64,000 bases of DNA from a virus: positions 49,637-113,636 of IMG/VR virus record IMGVR_UViG_3300031673_008942. One strand, 5' to 3'. Positions 9,935 to 19,625 of this stretch are shown piece after piece (within the stretch, counting starts at the first letter, position 1; each line of letters starts with the position of its first letter). The notes beneath the pieces were generated by a model that did not search any database, had not been told where the DNA came from, and saw nothing but the letters and a program-made list of their open reading frames with translations. A program made the translations under genes and the position numbers.

Positions 9935-11680
9935 ATGGCATATTTTAAGATTGACAAGGGTTTGATTAAGTTTCATGACGTATACAAGGTGAGGCGGAAG
10001 ATTCAGGAGGTCGGCGGGGTTTTCCGTGCTGATGAGAGTGTGTGGGTTCTCGCTTTTACCATAGAGAATTTAGAATTTGTTATTGATGAGATTCCTAATC
10101 TTTTTGTGCCAGACGGAATTGATGAGCTTGTTATTAATCAGCAGAAGAAAGAGAGGAAGCTTACTGAACTTAAGAAGGCTGCCAAGGATAATATCGAGAT
10201 AAGACTGAAGATTCCTGGATTAAAGGCTATTTTGTATCCCTATCAGAAAATGGGAGTGATGTATAGCCTTGTTAGTGGAAGTGGTATGCTGATAGCAGAT
10301 GAGATGGGTCTTGGGAAGTCTTTTCAAGCATTAGCATTGGCATTGATGTTAAAACATCAGGGAAGGGCAAAGAGCGCATTGTTGGTAACGCCTGCTTCTT
10401 TGAAGTTTAACTGGCCTTTAGAGATTGAGAAATTTACTGATGAAAAATACGTAGTGATTGATGGAACCCCGGAGCAACGTATTGCTCAGTGGTTGCGGAA
10501 AGATGTGTTTTTTTATGTGGTGAACTATGAATTACTTTTGGAGGATTTATTTGGTGGCAAGGAACCAAAGGAAAAGGATGATGAAACTTCAGAGCAAAGA
10601 GTGCGAAGAGAGAAGAGGCAATCCAAAATAGCAAAAAGGGAACGGATACTTTCTCCTTTGAGGGATAAAGTGTGGGATTTCATATCGGTAGATGAGATAC
10701 ATAATATAAAGAATCCTGGAAGTAAGCGAAGTAAGAATATTAAGAGTTTGAAGGGTGATTTTAGGATTGGCTTATCGGGCACTCCTTTGGATGGGAAGTT
10801 GGAAGAGTTGCATAGTGTTATGGAGTTTATTATGCCGGGATTATTGGGAAGCCGAACTCGTTTTCTTCAGAAGCATGCTGTTACTAATTGGAGTGGGGAT
10901 GTTGTTTCCTATAAGAATATAAATGAGGTTAGTGAGAAGATTGCTCCTTTCTTTATTAGGAGGCTGAAGAAGAATGTTTTGAAAGACCTGCCTGACAAGA
11001 TATATGAGAATAGGATTATTGAGTTAAGCCCGGCTGAGAGAAAAATATATAATGATATTAAGAAGAAGAGACATGAGATAACGGAAGATGCGGAGGCCAT
11101 GGTTCTGACGATTAGGTGTAAGCAATTTCTGGACAGTCCTGAGTTAATTGAAGAGGAGGGTGAGTCTTCCAAATTAGAGTCGTTTAAGGAGGTAATTCAG
11201 GAAGTTGTTATAGAGAATATGCACAAGGTTATCATTTTCAGCCAGTATAAAAAGATGACTGATATTCTTGTAAGAGTATTAGAAGAAATGGGTTTGAAGT
11301 GTCTTTACATTCATGGAGAAGTTCCTAAGGCTAAGAGAGCTCAGATGCAGGAGCAGTTTAATACGGATGATTCAATTGACTGTATTATAGGGACGGAAGC
11401 GATGTCCACAGGGCTTAATTTTATTGGGGGCGATATCGTTATTAATTATGATGATAATTGGGCTCCTGCCATTATGCGTCAACGTGAAGACCGTGCTCAC
11501 AGAATTGGTCAAAAGAATACAGTAACTGTAATAAATTTCATTTGTCGTGATACAATAGAAGAGCGTATTCGAGAGCGTCTCTATGAGAAGGAAATTGTCT
11601 CCAATGAAGTATTGGGGGATGGTTTAGATGAATATGTTTTAAAACGTTTAGGACCAAAAGATATATTAGGACTTTTATAA
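9935..11680 (+). CDS. SNF2-family helicase/ATPase
   Basis: 'LYPYQ', 'LIADEMGLGKS', 'DEIH', 'LSGTP', 'RRLKKNVLKDLP', 'QREDRAHRIGQ'. Confidence 0.95.
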   Translation: MAYFKIDKGLIKFHDVYKVRRKIQEVGGVFRADESVWVLAFTIENLEFVIDEIPNLFVPDGIDELVINQQKKERKLTELKKAAKDNIEIRLKIPGLKAILYPYQKMGVMYSLVSGSGMLIADEMGLGKSFQALALALMLKHQGRAKSALLVTPASLKFNWPLEIEKFTDEKYVVIDGTPEQRIAQWLRKDVFFYVVNYELLLEDLFGGKEPKEKDDETSEQRVRREKRQSKIAKRERILSPLRDKVWDFISVDEIHNIKNPGSKRSKNIKSLKGDFRIGLSGTPLDGKLEELHSVMEFIMPGLLGSRTRFLQKHAVTNWSGDVVSYKNINEVSEKIAPFFIRRLKKNVLKDLPDKIYENRIIELSPAERKIYNDIKKKRHEITEDAEAMVLTIRCKQFLDSPELIEEEGESSKLESFKEVIQEVVIENMHKVIIFSQYKKMTDILVRVLEEMGLKCLYIHGEVPKAKRAQMQEQFNTDDSIDCIIGTEAMSTGLNFIGGDIVINYDDNWAPAIMRQREDRAHRIGQKNTVTVINFICRDTIEERIRERLYEKEIVSNEVLGDGLDEYVLKRLGPKDILGLL

Positions 11681-13216
11681 ATGGCAAGTTTTGATGATAC
11701 TAGGGAATTGGAAAGAACATTTCTTAAGCTTCTTATGAAGACTAAGATGATGGCACGGTTAAATATATTTAAGGTGAGGAGGGAATGGTTCACTGGAAAA
11801 GAAAGATTGTTCATATGGGAATGTATTAAGAGCACTTTTGATAATTCTAAGAGTATTCTTACAAGACGTTTATTTTTATATGAGTTGCAGGGACGCATAG
11901 ATGATGAAAAGGAGAGGGATTATTATGCTTCGGAATGGGAGATGGTTGAAGATACTGAGGTTTTTGAGGATGCCGATGGGCTGATTAGTCGGCTTAAAGA
12001 GGCTGTTATTGGTCGTAGAATAATGGATGCGGCAGAGGAGATGGCTATGAAGCTTGAGTCTGCTAATATTCAAGAAGCTTTAGAATCTCTTAAAAGGTCG
12101 GCAATCTCTATTAACAATGATGGTGGAGATGACCATGAGATTGTTGAGATTACTGATTACCAACATCGTTTGAAGGTTTTACGGGATAAGCAGGAGCATC
12201 CGGAGAAGTATTTAGGGATTAAAACTGGCTTTCCTTCATTTGATAGGTGTACTGGTGGTTTGTTTAAAGAGGAGCTTTTATTGGTAGCAGGTGTAACAGG
12301 CTTGGGGAAGTCTACCTTTGTGAAGCAATTACAATATGGAATTATTACCAACAATATAGATAAGAATGTTTTACATATTGCGAATGAGGAGAGTCAAGAC
12401 CAAGTAGAAATGAAGTTTGACTCTCTCCTGACGGAAGTCCCCTATTTGGATTATAAGCTTGCTCGGACTTCTGAGGATGATATTGAGAAGTGGATTGAGA
12501 CGATGGAGAAGACTCTTAAAAATCCGGGAGTGGGTCGTATTTTCGTAAAAGAGGTTCCTCAGTTTACTGACGTCACCCTGGTTGAGCAGGCATATAACGA
12601 GCTCAAAGAAAAGGGGATTGATATTCATGTTATCATTATTGACCATTTACCCCATATTAAACCTATAGGTCAAGTCTGGGGTGAGAACGATGAAAGGGCA
12701 AAAGCGGCGGCAGATTGCAAGCAGTTGGCGAAGAATTGTAAATGTTCTGTGGTCATCCCTACCCAAGCTGCCACAGAAGTAGAGGAAAAACAATCAAAGG
12801 GGAAGAGGGCGGGAAGATTAGATGTGTATGGTTCAAAGGGGCAGATACATGTGGCAAATTCTTTCTTGATGATTACAAAGAGAGGGACTTTTGAAGAGGT
12901 TGGTAAACCAGATTATTTATGGGATGTTCATTGGCTTTGCGATATGAAGAAGAATAGAGATGGCCCTGGGTTCTACTTTGAAGCTCGGCATTATGTTGAG
13001 ATTGGAAAGGTTGAAGAGATATTAGGTGATAATGCTTTTGATAATTGGGATGATGAGCCAGAACCCTCTCCTTCTCCAGAACCCGAAATTTATAATGAAG
13101 ATGATGGGGAAGCTGAGGATGTTTCTGATAGTGGGGTAAAAATTGATGAGAATGTTCCAGAAAAATCCGAGAAAAAAAGTAGTTTTTTGGATAGATTGCC
13201 CAAGATTGGCGTATAA
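11681..13216 (+). CDS. dnaB: replicative DnaB-like helicase
   Basis: 'GIKTGFPSFD', Walker A 'GVTGLGKS', 'IIIDH', 'PTQ', 'KKNRDG'; acidic tail. Confidence 0.9.
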   Translation: MASFDDTRELERTFLKLLMKTKMMARLNIFKVRREWFTGKERLFIWECIKSTFDNSKSILTRRLFLYELQGRIDDEKERDYYASEWEMVEDTEVFEDADGLISRLKEAVIGRRIMDAAEEMAMKLESANIQEALESLKRSAISINNDGGDDHEIVEITDYQHRLKVLRDKQEHPEKYLGIKTGFPSFDRCTGGLFKEELLLVAGVTGLGKSTFVKQLQYGIITNNIDKNVLHIANEESQDQVEMKFDSLLTEVPYLDYKLARTSEDDIEKWIETMEKTLKNPGVGRIFVKEVPQFTDVTLVEQAYNELKEKGIDIHVIIIDHLPHIKPIGQVWGENDERAKAAADCKQLAKNCKCSVVIPTQAATEVEEKQSKGKRAGRLDVYGSKGQIHVANSFLMITKRGTFEEVGKPDYLWDVHWLCDMKKNRDGPGFYFEARHYVEIGKVEEILGDNAFDNWDDEPEPSPSPEPEIYNEDDGEAEDVSDSGVKIDENVPEKSEKKSSFLDRLPKIGV

Positions 13217-13250
13217 TAAAATGATAGTTTAAATGATAAAAATAGGATGA

Positions 13251-14204
13251 TTGAAGATGTCAGAACATGTATTGATAACACACCAAAATATTGGTGACTC
13301 TTTTAGTGGGGTTTATTATATTGAGCAATTACACATCAGAGAAACTACTGGTGGAAAAGATTTTACCGAGCTCATATTGAGAGATAAGAGTGGTTCCCGA
13401 AGTGTTAAGTACTGGGGCGTTGTGGGTGGATTGGCCAAGGGTGACTGGGGATTTGTAAGTGCCAGAGTAGAAGAATATATGGGTGGCCCAAGTATTATTG
13501 CTAAGAATTTGGAGAAGGAAGATGCTCCTTCGGATTTGTCAGCGTATGTCCCTGTGTCAGAAGACCATGATAAGAATCTTGAAAAGTTTTCTAAGCTAAT
13601 TGAGGAACTTCGTAAATTGTGTTCGGAGGTTGGTGATAATACGCCACTTATAATTGTGGAGTCTATATTTACTGATAAGTTCAGGGCTCAGTTTTGTGAT
13701 GCCCCTGGCGGTTATGGGTTCTATGGTTGCAAGGGAGGAGCCTTGGCTCGGACGGTTCGAGTTGGCATGAGTGTGAGATTTTTAAGTGGAAATTATAAGT
13801 TGTCTCCTTTGGATAAGGCTATCGCTGTAGCCTCTGCTCTGCTTTATTCTATTGGAGCAGCAGAGGTTTTCCATATGAAAGATTGTATGCCTGATGAAAA
13901 GACTTATGGTGCTCTTTTAGGGGTAGAGGGATATACTAACTCCCGTCTATTATCCGTCTTTAGAAAATTGGTAAAAGGAGGCGAGGCAGATAAAGACAGT
14001 GGCATGCGTGTTTTACATGCTGTTGCATCGGCTCGTGAGACTGCGGTTAAGGCAATGACTAAAGAAGGAATTATCTTGTCAATGGCAAATCGCATGGATG
14101 AAGAGGTTTCAAATGCCTTGAATTTTATTGATGATGATATTAACGAGGAAGAGGACTTTACCGCTTTCGACCCAAAGAGTAAGCGTCGATACCTCAAGGT
14201 ATGA
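13251..14204 (+). CDS. YhaM/Cbf1-like OB-fold + HD-fold protein with degenerate active site
   Basis: OB N-terminus 'LILRDKSG...YWG'; HD-family positions read 'GGALART' and 'ALLYSIG' instead of GGLxxHT / ALLHDIGK. Confidence 0.7.
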   Translation: MKMSEHVLITHQNIGDSFSGVYYIEQLHIRETTGGKDFTELILRDKSGSRSVKYWGVVGGLAKGDWGFVSARVEEYMGGPSIIAKNLEKEDAPSDLSAYVPVSEDHDKNLEKFSKLIEELRKLCSEVGDNTPLIIVESIFTDKFRAQFCDAPGGYGFYGCKGGALARTVRVGMSVRFLSGNYKLSPLDKAIAVASALLYSIGAAEVFHMKDCMPDEKTYGALLGVEGYTNSRLLSVFRKLVKGGEADKDSGMRVLHAVASARETAVKAMTKEGIILSMANRMDEEVSNALNFIDDDINEEEDFTAFDPKSKRRYLKV

Positions 14205-15307
14205 GTCTTAGCGAACAAGAAATTGCTCGTTACAAAGACATAGAGTGGTTGATGCCTCATGTGGACGTGGAGGATGTTCTAGACCGCTTGGGTGTTGAGC
14301 ATGGACATGAGCGAAATAGCGAAATAATGGCCTTTTGCCCTGACCATGAACATCATACAGGAAATTCTCCAAGTCATCCTAAATGGGGTTTAAATACTGA
14401 TACGGGAAAGACCTATTGCTTTACTGAAGACCGAGGTAGTAATTTGGTTTTCACGATTTGTAGAGTATTGGATTGTGGGGCTGATGCTGCGGTAAGTTTT
14501 ATGACTGGTAGCGATGTGACGAATCTAAGGGCTTCTGGTTTGAAGGGTAGAATATCCAAGCTTAGGCGTAAAGATGTAAAAAAGAGAAATGCTGAAGAGC
14601 CAGGCGAGGTATGGGGGTTGGATAAGATTCAAAAGGATTTGAACAATCGTCCAGTTTCAGACCATTTATATGATTTTTTCATGCAACCTCCAGGGAAGCC
14701 TCCAAGCAATATTGTACAGAATACCGTGGATAGGTTTGGGGTTTTTGAGAGGAGGTGGGGATATTATACTAATCGAGCTATCATTCCTTTTTATATGCAT
14801 GGAAAAATTATCGGTTTTTGTGCTATTGATATGCTTGGGGAGAGGGAGTGGGTGCAGATGCATCCATTGAAGGACTCATCAGATTATAGGAAGGTATTGT
14901 ATCCGCAAAATTTCAAATCAAACGAGTGTCTGTTTAATTATGATAATTGTGAAAAAGGGTCGAAGATTATATTGACTGAGGGGGCACGAGAGGTGATGAA
15001 GTTGAGCCAGGAGGGCTTCCCTAATAGCTTGGCAGTGTTGGGTTCTGGTCTGGGAAGCAGTGACCCATTGGAGGTTGGGGACTCACAGTTGAGACTTCTG
15101 GCAAAATTGGACCCAGAGGAAATCATTTTAATGTTTGACGGTGACAAGGCAGGATATAAAGCTACTGAAAAACTGGAGAAAAATCTATCGAGATTGTTTC
15201 CAGTTCGTCCGTGTAAATTGTTAAACGATACAGACCCGAAGATGCTTTGTCGTGATGAAATAAAAAAGATAATAAAAAGTTTTAAATTATCTTGTAATGA
15301 TTTTTGA
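14201..15307 (+). CDS. dnaG: DNA primase (Zn-binding domain + TOPRIM)
   Basis: 'FCPDH...YCF' Zn domain; TOPRIM 'LTEGARE', 'MFDGDKAG', 'DP'. Confidence 0.9.
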   Translation: MSLSEQEIARYKDIEWLMPHVDVEDVLDRLGVEHGHERNSEIMAFCPDHEHHTGNSPSHPKWGLNTDTGKTYCFTEDRGSNLVFTICRVLDCGADAAVSFMTGSDVTNLRASGLKGRISKLRRKDVKKRNAEEPGEVWGLDKIQKDLNNRPVSDHLYDFFMQPPGKPPSNIVQNTVDRFGVFERRWGYYTNRAIIPFYMHGKIIGFCAIDMLGEREWVQMHPLKDSSDYRKVLYPQNFKSNECLFNYDNCEKGSKIILTEGAREVMKLSQEGFPNSLAVLGSGLGSSDPLEVGDSQLRLLAKLDPEEIILMFDGDKAGYKATEKLEKNLSRLFPVRPCKLLNDTDPKMLCRDEIKKIIKSFKLSCNDF

Positions 15308-15460
15308 ACATGTAATATTGAATGATTATGCTTCCGGTGATGGTGTTACCTAAAGTATTTTGAGGCGTGCCCGTTTTGGGCTTTTTGTGGCAATTCCGTA
15401 TAGGAATTATTTATTAAAACTTGCCGATTTTCGGCTGTAGGCAGAGGAAGGAGAGGTGTA

Positions 15461-16282
15461 ATGGCTTCAGTTCTATTGGATGCGTATTGTGTCCAAAATA
15501 CCCGTGTTATAAAGCGTTTTCCAGTGGTTGATGCTTTAAGTTTCATTCGATTAAAAAGTTATTTTACGAGTGAGTCCCCCGTCAAACGAGTTGCAGTATC
15601 TTCTGTAGAAGAAGTTCCAGATATCCTGCATAGATTCCCCATAACCCAAGAGCTTGCGGCTGATATTATCGCTAATGGTTTACCGTGTGGTATGGAGTCA
15701 TCGAGCTATCCCAAGGAAGAATATATTATGGATGGCTTGTATCATAGTATATCAGCAATGGTATACAAATTATGTAGAAAATATACGGCGACTTGTACAA
15801 CTGACCTTGATGATTTGGCTCATGAGTGTTTGCATCGCATTTTTGCAAAGATTGGTCAGTTTAATAAAGATAAGGGGAAATTCACCACTTGGAGTTATCG
15901 GGTCTGCTTAAGTGTTTTGGCTCGTCGTTATCATAATGATAAGAAACGAAGTGACCGTTTTATTTCTGATGGGGAGGATGAGGAAAAGAATGAAAGGATG
16001 AGGAGTGGTATTGTCAGAGAGAAGGGAGTATCAGTTCTTAATGGTGAGATGAGGGAAGTTGTACGTAAGCTTTTGCGTGAATACCCTGAGAAGGCTGAGT
16101 TCGTTGAGGAATTATTTGGAAATATCAATAGTAATGACCATTTATTTCCTGTTTCGGTGTGCATTAGTGATTCTGCACGGAAGCTAGGTATAGAATATGT
16201 GGAAGCCTATACGTTTTTTAAGCGTGTCGTTCGTCCAATTTTTAAAGAATATTTTGAATACAGAGAGGTAACAAATGTCTGA
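15461..16282 (+). CDS. phage sigma70-family sigma factor
   Basis: Region-2-like 'DLDDLAHECL..IF.KI.QF...KGKFTTWSYRV'; C-terminal HTH-like 'ISDSARKLGI'; strong SD upstream. Confidence 0.75.
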   Translation: MASVLLDAYCVQNTRVIKRFPVVDALSFIRLKSYFTSESPVKRVAVSSVEEVPDILHRFPITQELAADIIANGLPCGMESSSYPKEEYIMDGLYHSISAMVYKLCRKYTATCTTDLDDLAHECLHRIFAKIGQFNKDKGKFTTWSYRVCLSVLARRYHNDKKRSDRFISDGEDEEKNERMRSGIVREKGVSVLNGEMREVVRKLLREYPEKAEFVEELFGNINSNDHLFPVSVCISDSARKLGIEYVEAYTFFKRVVRPIFKEYFEYREVTNV

Positions 16283-16706
16283 TATGAAGATGCATAGCCC
16301 AACCCAGGCTATAAAAATGGGTAGTTGTTTTGGTCACTACGATGAAAATGATAAAATTTGTGGTAAGTGTGTGGTAAACGGGGTGAGTTTCCCTTCTCCA
16401 TATTCATGTAATGTTGCTACTGCGAAGAGGCAAAAGGCAGAAAGTGCGGGTGTTGAAGACCTTGAGGACATTGATGCATGGGATTATTTGATGAAGTCCC
16501 TTCAGGGTAGGTTGGATTTATCAATTACTAAAAATGATAAAGCTATCAGTTATGATTTTGCAGCTGATGATGGAACTCACAAAATTCGTGTTATTTCCAT
16601 GATAGGTTCTGAAAGGGTAATGATAATGGCATCTGGCTTCAAGGAGAAGTATGAGAAGTTAGAGTCATTGGAATTTGTGGAGAATATTTTAAAGAAATTG
16701 CTATGA
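16275..16706 (+). CDS. hypothetical protein with N-terminal Cys/Zn motif
   Basis: 'CFGHYDENDKICGKC'; coupled to both neighbours. Confidence 0.7.
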   Translation: MSDMKMHSPTQAIKMGSCFGHYDENDKICGKCVVNGVSFPSPYSCNVATAKRQKAESAGVEDLEDIDAWDYLMKSLQGRLDLSITKNDKAISYDFAADDGTHKIRVISMIGSERVMIMASGFKEKYEKLESLEFVENILKKLL

Positions 16707-17617
16707 GGACTGTTAATTATCCTTATTTCCAACCTTCATTTGCAAACTTTAATAAAGCCCAGATAGCCGTTGTTCCTTATTTTGATGAGGATGTTAATTT
16801 GGTTGTGTCTTTTCCCACTGCGGTGGGCAAGACTGTTATCGCAGAATGTTGTTTTGGATACCATTTATCTACAGAGAAGGATAGTCGAGTAGTATATGTC
16901 TCTCCTCTTCGAAGGCTTACTTCTGAAAAATATGAGAATTGGAGTTCTGAGTCACAGTTTTGTGATTATGGAGTAATGCAGAGTACTGGAGAAGACCCTG
17001 CTCCCATGAAAGACTTTGAAAATTCCAGAATATCTTTACTTACGAGTGAGTCTTTTGATTCAAAAACCAGAGTAAAAACATATCGTGAATGGTTAAAGGG
17101 TGTTGCATGTGTGGTTATTGATGAGGCTCATTTGATAGGACATGAGAAGAGGGGAGGTGCTGTTGAGAATGCTTTAATGCGTTTTACTTCCATAAATACT
17201 ACTGCACGATTAATTTTATTATCAGCTACTATGAGTAACTCAATGGAGATTGCTAAATGGATAAAATCTCTTAATGGCAAAGAAACAAAGCATATTAAGA
17301 GTGACTGGCGACCGGTGAAGATAAACCGGGAGTTTTATGAAATACCGGATGGTAACGAGTCAAAGATAAGAGCCGTTGTCGCTCATCTTAAAAAGAGCAA
17401 TTTTACAGGAAAGACGATTGTTTTTGTTCATTCTAAGGCAGTTGGAAAAGAGATTGTGAATAGGTTAAGTAAAGAAAGAATAAAATCGGCTTTTCATAAT
17501 TCTGGTTTAAATAAGAGAAAGCGAGCCGAAATTGAAAAAGAATTTGATGATGCGTATTCAGAATTGAATGTACTGGTTAGTACGAGCACTCTTGGAGCAG
17601 GAGTTAATATAGGATGA
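16703..17617 (+). CDS. Hel308/Ski2-like SF2 helicase, N-terminal half (motifs Q to V)
   Basis: 'FNKAQ', 'PTAVGKT', 'YVSPLRRL', 'DEAH', 'LSATMSN', 'DWRPV', 'IVFVHSK', 'AFHNSGL', 'STSTLGAGVN' then stop. Confidence 0.9.
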   Translation: MRTVNYPYFQPSFANFNKAQIAVVPYFDEDVNLVVSFPTAVGKTVIAECCFGYHLSTEKDSRVVYVSPLRRLTSEKYENWSSESQFCDYGVMQSTGEDPAPMKDFENSRISLLTSESFDSKTRVKTYREWLKGVACVVIDEAHLIGHEKRGGAVENALMRFTSINTTARLILLSATMSNSMEIAKWIKSLNGKETKHIKSDWRPVKINREFYEIPDGNESKIRAVVAHLKKSNFTGKTIVFVHSKAVGKEIVNRLSKERIKSAFHNSGLNKRKRAEIEKEFDDAYSELNVLVSTSTLGAGVNIG

Positions 17618-18192
17618 ATGATTTAGACATATTAAAAAAAGAATGTTTGGGTTGTACTAAATGTGCAATTGGGGGTGTTCATTTGGATAATGGTCTTTCT
17701 AATGTTTTTTCCAATATGAATATTGATGCTGATATTATGGTAGTGGGTCAGAATCCAGGTTCTGATGAGGTTAAAGGTGCTGAACCTTTTATTGGTGATA
17801 GTGGTAAGTTTTTTGATAAAGTAATGTTGGAAGTTTGTGGCCTTTCAAGAGATGATTTTTATATTTCTAATGTAGTAAGATGCTACACTCCTGGAAATAG
17901 GAAGCCTTATCAAAATGAGATAGATTCCTGTAGGGATTTCCTTGATAAAGAGATTGAATTAGTTAAGCCCAAGTTCATTATAGGTCTTGGAAGTTTTGCT
18001 TTTAAGCAATTAACTGGAATGAGCGGTATTATGAAGCATCATGGAGAATTGGTATTCTCTATTCGATACAAAGTTAATGTTATTCCCTTGTTACATCCAA
18101 GTCCTTTGAATATTCAAAAGGGTGACTGTTTAGGAATGTTCTATGATGATTTAGAGAAGGTCAAATCATATTTGGAGAGTCTAGATGGCTGA
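17614..18192 (+). CDS. uracil-DNA glycosylase, family 4 (Fe-S type)
   Basis: 'CLGCTKC', 'VGQNPG', 'PFIGDSG', 'SNVVRCY', 'LHPS'. Confidence 0.93.
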   Translation: MNDLDILKKECLGCTKCAIGGVHLDNGLSNVFSNMNIDADIMVVGQNPGSDEVKGAEPFIGDSGKFFDKVMLEVCGLSRDDFYISNVVRCYTPGNRKPYQNEIDSCRDFLDKEIELVKPKFIIGLGSFAFKQLTGMSGIMKHHGELVFSIRYKVNVIPLLHPSPLNIQKGDCLGMFYDDLEKVKSYLESLDG

Positions 18193-19261
18193 CCGAGTTA
18201 TTATTACTGGTTCTCGGAGGGGAAACGAGGAGGTAACATTGATAGAGCTTGGACAGATGATAGGTCGAGCAGGTAGGGACCAATTTGGTGGTGATGCATA
18301 TGTAGATATTTTCCTTGAAAGGTGTGATTTCCAAAGAGTTGTTTCTCAGATAGATGATAAAAATAGCTTTCTGGTAAATTCTTCTCTGACTGATGAATCT
18401 TTGCTGTTTCATATTTTACCGGATATTAATTCTGGAAAAGTGAGGGATGTAAAAACTGCTAAGGAATGGTTTAAAAGAAGTTTTTTCTATTACCAGAAGG
18501 GTGAAAGGTTGGATATTGAAGATTCCTTGGATGCTTTGGAGAAGATGGGAGCAATATATTTAGAGAATGGATATCTTACAGCTACCGAGGTGGGAAATTT
18601 GTCGGCTCAGTATTACTACCATCCTGATGATATTATAAGTTGGAAGAATAATTTTACGGAATTGTTTGAGAGTTCCTTAGAGGATAATGACTTAGCCATT
18701 TCTTGGGCATTGGGAAATGTTTTATTCAGCTCTACTTATGGTAATTATGGTCAGGACTCGGATGTGGTAGAGGACTGTAAGGGAAGGATGCCGCCTGGCT
18801 TGTATATGCATTCAGGATGTGCTTCTACCATTACTTGTTGGTGGGGGGCTTTGGGTGGTGCTTCGATGGGGAAGATGCGGTCTTCTATGTTGGCATTGAG
18901 GGAGGATTATGGCCGATTGGGGAAAGTGCTTAGGGCATTAAATAAGAAGGTTGGGAAATGGGGTATGGAAGACTTTTTTGATGACTTAGATTATAGGATT
19001 CGTCGCTCTATTCCTATAAGTTTGTTCCAGTTATGTAAAGATATTGGTCTCAGTAAGGGGAGGGCATCTTTTTTATATAATAGAGGCATCCGCTCAGTAG
19101 AGGATTTGGTATATAATATGGATGGATTAGAAGGCGAAATTGATGATGAATTTTATGAAAAATTGAAGAGAGCCAGTGAATTATCAGGAAAGGTTGATAA
19201 AGGATTGCGTGAGAGCGATGCGGGATGGAAGAGTCTCGGACTTGCACGTAACAAGGATTAG
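18185..19261 (+). CDS. Hel308/Ski2-like helicase, C-terminal half (motif VI, winged helix, ratchet, HhH)
   Basis: 'RVII', 'QMIGRAGR', 'WFKRSFFY', 'ATEVGNLSAQYY', 'GLSKGRASFLYNRGIRSVEDL'; own GGAG SD. Confidence 0.88.
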   Translation: MADRVIITGSRRGNEEVTLIELGQMIGRAGRDQFGGDAYVDIFLERCDFQRVVSQIDDKNSFLVNSSLTDESLLFHILPDINSGKVRDVKTAKEWFKRSFFYYQKGERLDIEDSLDALEKMGAIYLENGYLTATEVGNLSAQYYYHPDDIISWKNNFTELFESSLEDNDLAISWALGNVLFSSTYGNYGQDSDVVEDCKGRMPPGLYMHSGCASTITCWWGALGGASMGKMRSSMLALREDYGRLGKVLRALNKKVGKWGMEDFFDDLDYRIRRSIPISLFQLCKDIGLSKGRASFLYNRGIRSVEDLVYNMDGLEGEIDDEFYEKLKRASELSGKVDKGLRESDAGWKSLGLARNKD

Positions 19262-19625
19262 CAAATGCGATAAGCCAATGAATGTTGAGTCGGTTGTTCC
19301 ATTCTTGCAGGATGGAGACCCATATATTCGCCTTTGTGCTGCGAGAGTGGTGGCGGCTAAGGGAGATATGGAAGGCCTGATGAATATGGCAATGATTGAG
19401 GAGAATCGAAATACTTTATTAGAGGTGCTGAAGCTAATAACTAATAGTGATGATGCTGTGACTCATTTGGTTAAGTTTTTGAAGTCTGAAGATACTCACT
19501 TACGTGAGGGGGCGATATCTATGTACCGTCGAATCGGAAGAGAAGACATGTTATTGGCTTTGGTCTTTAGCCATGATGAAGAATTAGCGAATAGGATAAA
19601 GAGTTATATTAATGAACGAGATTGA
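19176..19625 (+). CDS. HEAT-repeat protein
   Basis: 'LQDGDPYIRLCAARVV', 'LKSEDTHLREGAI' repeats. Confidence 0.7.
   Translation: MNYQERLIKDCVRAMRDGRVSDLHVTRISKCDKPMNVESVVPFLQDGDPYIRLCAARVVAAKGDMEGLMNMAMIEENRNTLLEVLKLITNSDDAVTHLVKFLKSEDTHLREGAISMYRRIGREDMLLALVFSHDEELANRIKSYINERD

Noticed and set aside
17609-18190. T4 gene-60-type ribosomal bypass, intron or split intein rejoining the helicase halves (GGA-TGA at the end of the N-half)
   Set aside because: There is no in-frame GGA landing codon (TAG immediately precedes ATG 18185), the gap is ~570 nt and fully coding, the C-half has its own SD, and there are no intein termini or room for intron structure.
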